Shown: in pieces, positions 27,001-29,278 of the stretch
Numbering within the stretch: the first letter of the stretch is position 1
How the letters are laid out: every line of letters starts with the position of its first letter
Assembly (NCBI GenBank): GCA_040756875.1
Contig: JBFLYH010000001.1
Span: 384,001 to 448,000, forward strand
Length of the DNA: 64,000 nt
DNA from: a candidate division FCPU426 bacterium
GTDB taxonomy: Bacteria > Oederibacteriota > JAAXVQ01 > JAUVAV01
Direction of reading: 5' to 3'
Notes under the pieces: generated by a model
Told to the model about the DNA's origin: nothing
Database searches by the model: none
What the model saw: the letters and a program-made list of their open reading frames with translations, nothing else
Program-made: the position numbers and the translations under genes

Positions 27001-28943
27001 CCCGGATCCGCGGCTATCTCGCCGGCCAGCGGGAGTGGCTGGAACAAACCTACGCGAAGATGCTGGCCGAAGCCCGGGCCCGCAGGCAGGAAGTGCCGCA
27101 TTTCGAGCGCAACCGGCAGCTGGCGGACCAGATCTGGCTGGGGCGCGTTTACCGCGTGGATGAAAGCGGCGCGCTGAGCTGGGTGCAGTACCGCCGGGCC
27201 GCGCCCGCCTCCCGCTGGGCGCAGGCCTTGTGGATCGCTTTCCGGCTGCCAGGGTGGGTTTTCGGGCTGATGCGCGCCACTGTCGTCATCCGCCAACTCA
27301 ACCGGCTGCGGGGCGCGGACAGCCTGGGCCGGGTGCTGGCAGCGGAAAATCCCGCGGCTGAACTGGCCCGCTTGCTGGGGCAGTCCGAAGCTGCGGTGCG
27401 CTACCATTACCAGACCCTGGCCTTCAACTTGGGCAGGCCGGCGGAGGAAGTGATCCAGGAGGCAATCCGCATCGCAGCCGCGTCGCCTGTGCTGGTGGTG
27501 CGGGGCCGGCTGACCCTGCATCCCGCCGGGCCGGTGGCCCACGCCCGCCGGGGCGTGTCCGAGGCAGGAGAGACAGCCATCTGGGTGGGCGAAAAACTCT
27601 TCAGCCGGGCCGTGACGGATGCAGACCGCCTCGAAGTGCTGCTGGCCGAGGCCGAGCACATTCTGGCCCCGGATTTCGGCCATGATGTCATCCGGCACTC
27701 GCAAAACCTGCAGGACCGGCTGACCGCCGCCGTGGTGGCTGCCGGGGAACCGGCGGCCGGCGGCATCTGCCAGCTGGACCTGGGTTCCAGGCCGGAAGCG
27801 GTTAAAGAACCGGCCGGGCTATCCAAACCGATCCAACTGGATCCGCGGGTCCTCAACCGCCCGTTGTCCGAATTGCGGCCGGGCTATATCCGGGTGCTCG
27901 AATTTTTATTTACGCCGCGCCTGAATCCCCGGCCCTGGGTCAAACCCGCGGGTTGGATGGTTTCCTCGCTGGGCTGGCTGCTGCGCCTGGCCGGGCTGGC
28001 CTATCTGGCCTGGTTGAAACCCGCGCCAGCCGCGGCTGCGGAGACAACGGCCTTTGACCGCTGGCAGGACTTCTCCCTGCTCATGCCCGACAGCCTGACC
28101 GGCCGGCAGTTCCGGGCGGACCAGGTAGAATTCCGCGACCTGGCCCTGCGCGGCAGCTGGCCGCAGCGCCTGCTGGCAGGGGAGAGTTTTGGCGCGCGCG
28201 CCGTGGAAAACGGGCGGCTGGTGATCTACCTGCCTGCCTCGGTCCTCGCCCAACAGCAGGCCGGCGGGCTGGCGCGGTTCATGCGCGACCTGTGCCTGTG
28301 GTCCCAGGCCCGCCAGTTCCACGGTGAATTGTTCGCGCCGGTGGAGGAAAGCGCCGGCCAACCCACTCTGGCCGCGCGCGTGCTGGCCCTGGTGCTCCGG
28401 CTGGCGCAAATGCTGCCCGCCTTCGCGGCCAAACCGGTCTTCAATTCGAGCCTGCGCCGCGCGCCCTTCCTATATATTAATGCCAGGCTCGGCGCCCGGG
28501 CGGGGCGTTCGGCCCTGGCCGCGGCGATAAAACAAGCCGGTCATCCCTTGCGCCAGGCCTGGATCGCCCTGAGCCGCAACCCGGGCGAGGATTCGGCCCA
28601 GGCCTTCCTGCAGGCGGCGTTGGATTACCTGGCAGGAGAATGGCAGGATGTGGAACGTCTGCGGCAAACCGGCAACCAGGAAGCAGCCGAGGCGCGGCTG
28701 GCCGGTTTGCGCCAATCCGCCGCGTCGTTCAACGCTCTGGTGGCCGGCCATCCGCTGCTGTCTTCCGCTTCCCATAAAACCTCCACGCCCTGGCTGGGCC
28801 AGTTGTGGCAGCCGGCTTTCCTCTCGCCCCGCCGGCAGGGCAGGTATTTGGACCTGCTCGAGGACCTGGGCGCGGTCTTCGACCGGCGCCGGCTCTCGCC
28901 CCAGCACCGCCGGCCTGACCGCCGCCCCTCCACTGCCGCGTAA
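3..28943 (+). CDS. Giant (>9,640 aa) multidomain, multi-pass membrane protein; 5'-truncated by the window
   Basis: The ORF track gives 30..28943, but the frame has no stop back to nt 3 (LPPAELLPAV...), and the first repeated module starts mid-unit, so the true start is upstream. Recognisable domains and internal repeats occur along its whole length, which argues it is a real gene. Ends at TAA 28941-28943. Confidence 0.93.
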   Translation: MPPAELLPAVQNFASLLEAAREKTAWVEEGANIIRWSAAVAGLVHPAQAGAALGVLLGAIRDASRVQGPDAADILERIPDFLHPLAPEFRLIGLRLLNASRPAFRKLGPAGEKQSISDLQNRIMAITQASREPLTGLTALVVLLDRLNTSRVDGELTREPLAVADEVLAVCRQHGAQAYLQFMREEPDYASVPIHDGGRVTLNKGRWLRLLYQNLPPVAMDMPAGFPGLPADEDVEKLPALDLDQLAGKAGSNGPLVFTGQALGRGLIFSAPDGRRLVVKLAKIDEPNSLLQRESLGFAWARRQAGSTAAPRPVAAREGEYRFRFALDAAADPALVRSLRDALRRSQAEAESVGKPFALLPEYVATAYVLPAASTYDQNLKADTVPTWQGLKTALLRSGRTLGAWARQGVVHTSLGDLFHNLSTDEREYVVTKGLDFMLDYSVGRLTAWQAAVFALNLSPEGDVRDYKFVRHLAELEGEQKYQEDDWWFSGRQFDARPRNVLLLEFFSRYALIATLATGEWLDQHGWQGLDWQKPETLADLAGFLREFYVTTAAAAVGRGQLGRIQRQADLVDWDRYAAQMAFFMNPKASNEYLRPPESGAEADTRQSRFPSERLFGLAKGSIGFGDLRDQSWDDTEGMVGSPTEPEHVRGRRAIGNVNGSTFLLENLKASYMIFGLLVAGQALDAYRSDAWHRRALRRAAEAFQALRVRLLSLPAALAAWYEQRLTTRALDGLPAETGRLAAALFERFAVADSRERRGIANRLRHWRLTDGEIESLRMLLFAPAVTREDVADILALVDLSLREASPQERRQLLNQLRLLSVLPDFALFGWPEIRRALAGRLAGQAPAARSRTLAAYRSSLSVIGNLYYTRVRFRETQATEKLPGDPLVRFYHGLIMDLGPAAGGAALRLIRQSIGLPLTRETTGDLLRLLGKYRDGLLRIHGAVGQEFGVVAALSFVQAEFERTRKKKAEDSLAILRSVAETCEQQGSRAYLELLKQAPTLETLSISTEGEATNHAARFIKYLLNNTVPFRLGPAGPRTEFRNNLAPQELPQETLATLAEKAGLQGPLVFKGNTLGRKVMFEDPSGRQLVVKLKKRGEANNWLQLEAENMLRYAGDFKGQVVPKPVLIGKVEGRQEYRFTLRLPAAEGAADVQASLRRNAEVSVRETGRGFEADEPLQGIAYVLEPGATYDTNLDRETVPDWAAYKTALVRSARELGRLARAGVLHISLATLFHNLSTDREYIVTRLLEDSTFPYTLGRITDWLGTVFAVNLSRDGQVRDLKYLRSLTDVASDPNYKVEDWQFLPAAFGDQADSVYLLEFLGRYALVETLLAGAWQRADGWQRIDWQKDETLSDLAGLLRDVFTALAGELLGEDESRTVAEYAGLVDWTQYARQMAFYMSNANLDYLRPRRRNQLDNRHDRFPMEQLYGVPRSRLDIDEYRDHWNDEVGFTGDLSEGSHAAERPSIGPFNGPMLITEFGTAMSYVLGLAVAQKAMGPEAQAAEPSVPAGATLTERWRRSLAWLRVTAPEAVALVRAWSNSSSLRNTFVMVPFLYLMPLGLSLRDLLFIYPVVAMASLAYFALRGGEKNYMLTYPGRLQPVYALMARLPGIRALLERGVTINDIGPGWPMLTTGELASFARSLNPANRVIASERPGRVPAFVLWSEAGGNYALFNREGRLLEVFAEEGAVIRKGPLARWNAARIFRSLRRQPDSRPGYILEAVRTEEELERGGFELNEADFGGGVKAGIKLCFNMLYMYPNQALAKLQEMGKDLEEGGYLLAGQSVSWAGSGTYIQVYRKQGGELRPLQGDLNLNGGWYSFSMQAFTLAQSARMLEVYYEFTSRRQGYETDEMILDLRAAALPHDLDITGFKASQTTAGEKRGQPAKQGRGTFLGLDSLSFRLARWFAPPAPALTGIQEMLAEELGEKYPGLSALERNRIRGALAAMALDIDNAKQLTQLLRAYFITSANVVPALEGIAGIAAGTEPAQTAASLKNLARLFQLPVMRRANAVGVLGEAAQACRQAPREAAPRLLASLVRLLELTPALENETPGKSVRVLASLRLAAESLGRDDFEDYLNELYDLYAFHQDDLFVLLDGMLAAARAAGPLAGLAAFKSLRTMVVYYRDYQKQLSVAEALDRIRQAYADIRRTTDDPLTLVAALTAIRVRSQWNRDLRTRTPLEIIGEVAGVCREEGKNALRVILRAESGVDNLVIGDFGDAPSKMGLFIQYLLQSLPALHRPVPAGFPLTVKPMSGPIARLTPDALAVRAGLQGPLRFERALGRSLVFRDQRGAQLVIKLRKLRESEDSLQQECERFAWVRQQGLLPGTPQPVSAGEGGEYRFELDLPGLDESLRRAVAGALAEEQRQASQHKGAGFQVHSGRQAIAYVLEPDSRYMSYLNPDAVADWGVLNRGLRRVMRTLGRLAGRGWLHTTPADLFHNVEENRPYVTTVGLGQIFARVSARTMGRIAAWLESGWTMNWDQDGGLRDYKYFKHISETASLPELRSEDWTFLEAFRGKIEMVYLLETLTRAALAGLLVQGEWLDRKQWAGLDWRNDGQLQPLARDLRALFASAAEGLLTEGPRAPNLEQVLDAVDWTAFARQMVFWMNPANYAEAMAEPASGQADQRTRFLLENRLIDLPEHMVHFNHYLPGTYRPGIGFVGTPAEDSLGRLRSLGPVNGPLPITEFATAAYSVFGLALAQLALEERQAEQARAAKKTLWARTGLDRLVDLDALFLRQAPWQTGPLKNSAALLRFAANWVAPKVETGRVVLGTAGFYLGFMLLGMSPFWAGPLAVLLTNAIFAVSHFSGVFASAGADETGVPYIYFKRFETFSQRLAAWGRLFVLGLGFHFVFYAAVVLAPWSQNAQAELSVQMLGLFGIYASHYLHRAFNRLILDQPGRVPAALRFLAMTGWHEPLDPRQVADCEQAIQNLAGPGLAVQPRDENRFYRTLSRQFPAAVIEQALRNLYARQPLALPTLATEIRAVLARTGWLDTAAADRELQALPFIARTEQACLEILLARIRNLHPTPTKTGQPYLFSEYEQAEIRRKGPEAFAGHIGLWPYLNQEAKAGYTLDPRALMLVHVNDIGLEELQALVNLFKGAESPRENPEIISGRAAVKILGRHRPLDETRRLVEFLRGVPMPDGNRLAVSQTVISVWLESRLSEGEITDLLTAQPGLAHLSKEKAEKYLAQRYMDQRVKQNQNLRQRAVKLIKRMAERDLLDEAGALAGLATVTTRQAALAKKIDRGKGLEADAIGLILDALQERFGRRLTPGQVQFVAERLSWDRLEAKLDLIERLFTVKELEGVGGEPLAAALVSGKPDQEVLGLIVSYHGESAIELRNVIYSPHPLAKIKQLHDDMELYGMPSNTRARGYSAARSRIIDEILERIDRSGMEDALAGQFFREVTNKQRLLLSTLLALLSEESVTPEELPDFLRVFVSAENQAELAGELLWHYQDGSPLNRSAQERGDAKAARELLLRLHGTESLTLLTSLLLDGQAGPAETARLKLLQMQDSGELRLNRVREYLRRYGPSRLRIMVEKLMPELGTLVRRIQILGQMQRHGMDPSGIVALEAAWQTGWLPREDLRDAAEITPLQFFLLLPGMAETLDDLPEDAYQAVLELAVRLYADQQRQGDPQALARVDNLLAGMEPCRFADDWLGIMEASRLASAHPRFGGRPFSDAFFFHVLQSRWLDDSLVGYGLMLAHGRDFRPAEEKIWDASRRIGTVDPLLQWVRALRAGLPQADRQTALEWMNGQQAELERIGPDWIRWLLDWLPEHRLMPEEFKQDYEEWPKLFQLRQEFLALPIDVQMAAVDVWAGRQLSYGLAAQIKHALARENAAQSGFVAAIQTVRRLTAEQGWNESSQVDWQALVQSAPGQVVSLNAERAVARLVRAPLADRRLRQVIRSNQSRLAGGEEALLNQFDRMPAASRDEATVIRAVLQALQIDGQSWLENTDIERIAALGLDAFLRKRRLWGALNAYPRPPSGTLVAACLLSEKSAARLLRDLDVYYLLDLIARNGSSLLEPAELRRKVQAAEPMGSRTALQTLVGTIGALPENNWPEENVRAAFLAEPVREFPAGQIIRDLETNREVLQRRISPARFVIKTVKKLYARRLPKAAPVAPPEISGFLTLLQNEGLADESLVDDLLSDYRQQRDDPVVIVKILESMVEDEEFSLASGKILSLAAKLKLADLRDLFVRARETAGRKSDYEVMVAAVMEAAGLKRKISEEELDARIRADVMSRRQEKEESVFGELRSDLGGERPEDRANKILNGGDLKIRLGRMLLNLLASGLAAGLSAALSPAGVHWPVFVLLGVFAGLVFSGVRLLYWAWLWRVPPPGLLTRPLLARGQEKLALQFEGLRQELGRRGVDTDRLQLGWIADEQPLGWDEILPRPEAWGTWFRLPAGWRGKLGAIRLGRGEGDRVLVHPLVMFLPAWAQRAILTHEIYEAQGAGHWRATWAEFGGVLRFLAAAAVLRMRGEAPVSDQPRPAAAPLGMYPAMIELTSRVMPRLLGRIMPQNEIYMYSALVTAPLLESLSVVFIIAANLLHAFNALPFDPRLTWPAAVIFTNLVYALGHGFGAYEVRRKPESKLVEIVPVTVRTWQGRIKNWGRFYLLGLSFHGLFYLGLLLAPFAHEPLAHAAALVFMVLGAIAAPFLHRSYHQSVLRKPEDYPAWLRVLGMVGASGEIAGTIPAGIGSQAAETAPETSPLTLETQAPFLRSQLLQDRVLDALEALGGRATLEELARVLRRTQAPVRKAVRRLDFEEINRVREAKGKMPLYPVLPARTKLVQDEIIAALEALAGIAEPAEIAAFSGQYVTVTRQALREMDFNLLNRMRAARGLAPLTVILRRGTPEQVGINRSSLSVDIGDLNGLVAELAARIPNPAPAPYADLYARIALPLLVSASFRLAPQTGDPEADARNREDFLRALSQSLADLVAKPEGPFAVLAADPILARIFWALLVPRALMMTAGGEAAAGFSLAAFERNLETVLAHYQSRSKQPLQPMSVEFGGLGRIIRAGERFRSLRRQAGDGQPYAFAGKADLQSMYAERVRQAPAGPAAQTAALSGDHSEIVKSRFVTWRQTGTGLLPGDYLEFELTPGRNKTLTYQNASAVFSFKTLAAAASFQAVLVAEEDPNHGLVVNAYRREAFLSGDWTQPVKTFRHAFGENPFNLAAADVAKAFYSPEELALQGRPYATRLTEKGLVDYHLPLEPGAAALPVKMIVPEKRFSQGGLAKAEVVCRVENDPNQGQIINTYLAEDFKAGRVDAPLMTYAILRAGRHAELVDNLARLDILAAREGKPLALLGREFETSLKIQTVTGNPYAWFSVEWRGRFARFSIPARTLAPEVLAAPVKVRVETDEVLGQVVRVYSTHTLQGQPLLLRTFQYPVAAEAPATGGAEETVPAQAQAGEQPEAGLVEWVRLLEQENLIGKETAVAVVQGQDREAEKTALRELLETLNDEEVLQLGIGTIREKSSQVPLREVLRAFLALRAGEAEADDFELITAAVKQAIGYKEPKYSREEVAARITASIREKSLQERPESASAFFDMQPQGDARRNRAEFEQINNGSTKLGDLGGLMPWLRQLLVERLGWMQDATYVKWAWAIEAVPMGIAGLAAAAIAAWTGFFDPAAGLEAFALLAVRLAWGLFPILHLIVNGRLTWQGLTGTEKTNAVLALALAAVNLAASLAPVPLWNLLVFGLASHAGLNAWLRLSPWQFRLRSPVRVLQLGTPDGVFSLPWPVLQSPIVMMNSLRNNGGNGPQLLRSQLLQDRILDALEALGGRATIEDIAAVVRRGHSRVNETVKKLDFKAINRQRLLDGRMPLFPPVNAKTMLVQDEIIAAMEMLGGIAAQREIIRYSGLDRQTVSRTLKAMDFGLINGIREARGLFPLLVIHADAPAYRFDDAKASRDTTLQEDVLAGLTEDFGTAQAGLFGRTILPWLLHVSQATVPAVEDDVMMQINREDLVYIIMRACRTRFETMMADWRAKNPAATRRQEAGLFRAYWGVLVPRALNAAWPQFLALRLDDEQYLDFENTRVEEAFAASLDKTVRQFEGKSVVAVARVSVDFNAEHRLAEAAAHYQALRRQAGDTEPYAQLDARALEAYYAGRQAAEQAETPAGAGQLKPGHPLAAHLLKVHPELLRSHLVAWYQAGREPQPGEYLLTTIYPGKTKHVYHQDQQAFFSFITLADNRKAIKTVFLVERDPNHGVVVNVYEEDKFFRGNWSQPLGTFKFGPHGSLFEPAAADIIKAFHHLQALQVYGRPLAARIRANGAVGFTFSPDNASPNLPVRMTVPADLMRERDLAGREAVCSAEEDPNHGPIVQIRLAGASDELLVSYVWHEGKQASLPVDSLSRLDILAAKEGRRLSEYNREFRTRFSQHVIGGLPYGICEVKWQGKSFRTSFPCKDLPPEVLQAGLVLRVAPDASPENQVVEIYSALGYGQPQTRRLLKEVSLPVAAEARALPKAPEIPAAWVDASQVFAGLAEQLQAADLPEPQAVLARTRLARVLARMHSNMTSLLAGGLDWNDRAAVQQAQNLRWYARQLTNALETALGRETDAAAFSLYEQLGQLLSTYRAQMTEAAAVYSGDTVADVKDALAGGLDHLAVALRRLDMRRAALRKQQQKSAAAQPVRLTLPSTEVLAGPEAKGLAAVLVRRLGEWGIALVEELGLGTSGKNIAAFAAVRTDVRLRTVWEALRQGRLLPAAGAAGWLALAFMTAVNPVLLAALAPLLLIGLGWTQIEYAAGHLNTDRAEWVGRLRATLLFNAVAVGTALLLAGAAVAFLSGPALAGALLAAPLAGVLASTAVHRLWNLRAPPNLRMTQGKVGIQTLTAWRPDATLLAGDPTAYYSRLVETAPTSGLRNFLLYDSESGNLRAFFLKLKPGWLVAHDPDLLAAMFISGIFGPECRLAHRPGVGVFLYWQDEARRVIRENADLFSELLGQPPQSLSDQALDAALPGLLRRLMSMDALSGDWQYPAQVGLLLGFPRAEALNYARYDQQIDEVYSLLLKQPLTAEEQRVVAIYHQPRLDYRNVHLRGALNQAHVARRSYLRAAMAGILERYLPDLPPGLRNSVLDERLVSVQGSFYMLAHTPAGPAFWAAVARRFRDTGMESAVERLRARYPYASALDPREVLRDLLGELARAGIPGEEQRMIRLYLRYLRQGSEFGLRILAPKLTQLFQKYNVWLAQGSFDPAANAAAINNLLQARPGPVRRWFNPGGTGGMLALLLLLGGGFLLANLDWAWARDLSHTLAGMGWGPEHNLLLGFVTFNGLSNPDSPQANRNIIYTRQGNRLVPVPGPFGKYRLESISDHPDAIVKNADLDQRGGFPRELRAWWSNHPLANRTDLTAEYSQGRLVRVWAGDPYPENDLARRDAAVPVVWFAEPRWAEGWDVVGENRVYVADEAGRLAIQAVAGRAYTQEMVEQYPDAVVKGDSLNHKGGLKHGGGLVWDARPEFAFQDVTIEYRGKRVVRVWLGDPYPDHDRNRPDLDAPLIWFDPAVGAGEFTPLGRNVVYVAEGNRLVAQRIAGGTYTEADVALQPDAIVKLAAFDSKGGFKHGGVRRWWNLVGYGDRPDITAEYRQGKLVRVWDGDPYPENDLSRPSQDVSLLWFDSPADADGWSLAGRNVVYVPSEGRLVPQEIAGAHYGIDRVQRYPEAVVKNVHTDKKGGLKHGGARLWWNKTGFENRTDLTVVYRNGRLVEVWAGDPYPDNTLDVSAQKAELIWQPAMPGPLQAFNLFQAAAAAFLLAGASAVGLALLAALSWPVWALVAVGALPGAGAAFALVLAAQAGLAWFGRLAAPATAPADPALQARYREAFAAWPDTHVFFTDKLPWHQLARTRREADDTWTVELASWLAGQAKANTLFAKLQQMLLPIITTHENLRRAGWNGWRVYLAKLGQAPTYGRARRAGETAPVPEKSAAEEIAGQLLDPSGSREVVITADDGQRFTFKLATSLAELDSWFYIEAHRDGELIGEAHVTGGNQMFRITGRPDDAAIWTDKTGYRGLGTGLLAVALAICATRGRREFFVKSGQAAAYFYEQAGLQPTGKAGEFRYDLTTGKYPPVEITRKPEPVQQQAFVQTAINGRNLGEQWKVLRPADFPRDPGGAFRAFTRQEMAERLRARAGELAGRITDPVERSRFEEFARRVLEAVWPGDDLLAGMTGDWPLLPVESGSGALHRSFNQLEQAGRSLPYFNFASAFILAREAGRLLGSRRAPGARRIYLARASGSHFESAFYQHLLAGLPADAFTARVFTISRDSLGQDMFAFLQQLLPGIARGVSNYAEYEAAALARLDQEYRSNPAVRQAVDQIFDQARAAGILEGTADFLVIDEVDIGPYQLLFKYAVEKNLPGARVSLFVGNSWAEGDPAKDEFFWSRQVFSYSRTRIPDYPEMKLEALEEAFGLNPEQAWRLVEGAGDISADLPHPVRVDPARAREPLAGFLAEAPEVQLGSYLRSLVLYNGAVEFARRAPGRLARAEIQWTEQPARADELAEMAAAALERSAADFEAGLDQVRRLLEARQTEWHAVRMVWRLLQPYRLGQGLDLEAWKRDRSRVLALVDDTLREEKLLAAYLFRTLGGAGLDVPLALLARDCGPGMSLPECQATAKRLASAGLVRLNSRGELTADLDALSRRALARIGLDRIKYGRREQSPPTSWQVFRSEMNSSLFLGSMYTLFGRSYFYRTNEERKDFTYRSVKAHLLELGRRNALPAEVRVLVVGSSLGIQGYDAAMACADARRELGADFKITLVNSDAQHLSLDHAKRGEYAPDFFEEGFWDAPRAGRYFQRLADGGARILSRAGWLALGVDVQFEKLDLLSDQDVRRVLTGGAFDLVVAVNVHHAADPDSERLALENQERLVAPSGACLHSHSEGQDLLQPEYFREASSLLRRAVRSGAPQFPYTRMALEGKANVLWGLRNVRLADLPERFKQLPGGALRWPSGQEGAMALLILSDWFDAPRRDLLFHLLFERWAGTVLKPKGNLGRIFDPARPETLIAGWDVFDESAQARIRGYLAGQREWLEQTYAKMLAEARARRQEVPHFERNRQLADQIWLGRVYRVDESGALSWVQYRRAAPASRWAQALWIAFRLPGWVFGLMRATVVIRQLNRLRGADSLGRVLAAENPAAELARLLGQSEAAVRYHYQTLAFNLGRPAEEVIQEAIRIAAASPVLVVRGRLTLHPAGPVAHARRGVSEAGETAIWVGEKLFSRAVTDADRLEVLLAEAEHILAPDFGHDVIRHSQNLQDRLTAAVVAAGEPAAGGICQLDLGSRPEAVKEPAGLSKPIQLDPRVLNRPLSELRPGYIRVLEFLFTPRLNPRPWVKPAGWMVSSLGWLLRLAGLAYLAWLKPAPAAAAETTAFDRWQDFSLLMPDSLTGRQFRADQVEFRDLALRGSWPQRLLAGESFGARAVENGRLVIYLPASVLAQQQAGGLARFMRDLCLWSQARQFHGELFAPVEESAGQPTLAARVLALVLRLAQMLPAFAAKPVFNSSLRRAPFLYINARLGARAGRSALAAAIKQAGHPLRQAWIALSRNPGEDSAQAFLQAALDYLAGEWQDVERLRQTGNQEAAEARLAGLRQSAASFNALVAGHPLLSSASHKTSTPWLGQLWQPAFLSPRRQGRYLDLLEDLGAVFDRRRLSPQHRRPDRRPSTAA
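600..2060 (+). other. SidJ-like pseudokinase domain, copy 1 (within giant CDS)
   Basis: Motifs in order: LGRGLIF, LVVKLAKIDE..LLQRE, HTSLGDLFHN..DEREY, GRLTAWQAAVFALNL..GDVRD, IGNVNG. These match the order and spacing of Legionella SidJ motifs as I recall them. Confidence 0.78.
3050..4490 (+). other. SidJ-like pseudokinase domain, copy 2
   Basis: LGRKVMF, LVVKLKKRGE..LQLE, HISLATLFHN..DREY, GRITDWLGTVFAVNL..GQVRD, IGPFNGP..TE. Confidence 0.78.
4770..5440 (+). other. Class I SAM-methyltransferase-like domain within giant CDS
   Basis: TINDIGPG (motif I-like), RVIASE, CFNMLYMY and LEEGGYLLAG (LxxGGxL); preceded by a hydrophobic hairpin at about 4640-4750. Confidence 0.55.
6670..8120 (+). other. 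SidJ-like pseudokinase domain, copy 3
   Basis: LGRSLVF, LVIKLRKLRE..LQQE, HTTPADLFHN..NRPY, GRIAAWLESGWTMN..GGLRD, LGPVNGPLPITE. Confidence 0.78.
14157..19370 (+). repeat. Two diverged copies (14157-16170 and 17289-19370) of a tandem-HTH plus DPNHG block of about 680 aa
   Basis: LRSQLLQDR(V/I)LDALEALGGRAT occurs at 14157 and 17289 (offset 3132 nt). Shared downstream motifs include LVQDEIIAA, RRQAGD..PYA, DPNHG.VVN.Y and RLDILAA.EG. Confidence 0.9.
21834..23165 (+). repeat. Four tandem 114-aa (342-nt) protein repeats
   Basis: GDPYP begins at 22074, 22416, 22758 and 23100, an exact 342-nt period. Approximate consensus: RNVVY..EG.RLV.....Y......PDA.VK...D.KGG.KHGG...WW......D.T.EYR.G.LVRVW.GDPYP.ND. 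Confidence 0.95.
23800..24195 (+). other. GNAT acetyltransferase-like domain within giant CDS
   Basis: GYRGLGTGLL (acetyl-CoA-binding motif A) followed by AAYFYEQAGLQ (motif B). Confidence 0.7.
25990..26600 (+). other. CheR-like methyltransferase domain within giant CDS
   Basis: SYFYR, VLVVGSSLGIQGYDAAM, ITLVNSD...LDHAKRGEY, RYF, VQFEKLDLL and FDLVVAVNV parallel the CheR series TxFFR / WSAGCSxGEExYS / ATDI...A..G.Y / V.F..NL / FD.I.CRNV. Confidence 0.7.
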
Positions 28944-28958
28944 CCCTGCGGAAAGATT

Positions 28959-29081
28959 ATCCCCTTCGCAGAACACCCCGCGCATGCGCGGGGATGAATG
29001 CGGGATATTCTGCTTCGGGGATGTCGTCCTGCCATTACAATACCGGCGAGGTCAGAGGTGGTACCCCGGGCATGCCCGGGG
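28959..29081. repeat. Pair of related REP-like perfect palindromes
   Basis: CCCCGCGCATGCGCGGGG at 28976-28993 and CCCCGGGCATGCCCGGGG at 29064-29081. The first is enclosed by an outer stem, 28959-28973 pairing with 29008-29022. Confidence 0.8.
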
Positions 29082-29089
29082 GGCTCCAT

Positions 29090-29180
29090 CACCACCAAGG
29101 CATGAAGAAGTATCAAGCGATTTCGGGTTAAAGGTCCAATACCTGCATTTTCCTTCGCTTTTCTTCGTGGCTTCGTGGTG
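29090..29180. repeat. Imperfect 20-bp inverted repeat pair
   Basis: CACCACCAAGGCATGAAGAA (29090-29109) versus TTCTTCGTGGCTTCGTGGTG (29161-29180); 17 of 20 positions are complementary. Confidence 0.7.
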
Positions 29181-29218
29181 AAAGTTGTTGGTGGTTCTAT
29201 TTTTTTTAGGCTATGGGC

Positions 29219-29246
29219 TTGATTTTGAAAGCACCTGTGTTATAGT
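29219..29246 (+). promoter_or_regulatory. Putative sigma70 promoter for carA
   Basis: TTGATT, 16 nt spacer, then TATAGT with an extended -10 TG; ends about 32 nt before the carA ATG. Confidence 0.5.
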
Positions 29247-29278
29247 ATCAGGAATTTTGGACTGAATGGGCCTGGTGC

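Noticed and set aside
28971-29085. Type I-E CRISPR-like repeats
   Set aside because: Only two non-identical palindromes 88 nt apart, with no regular spacers and no cas genes in the window.
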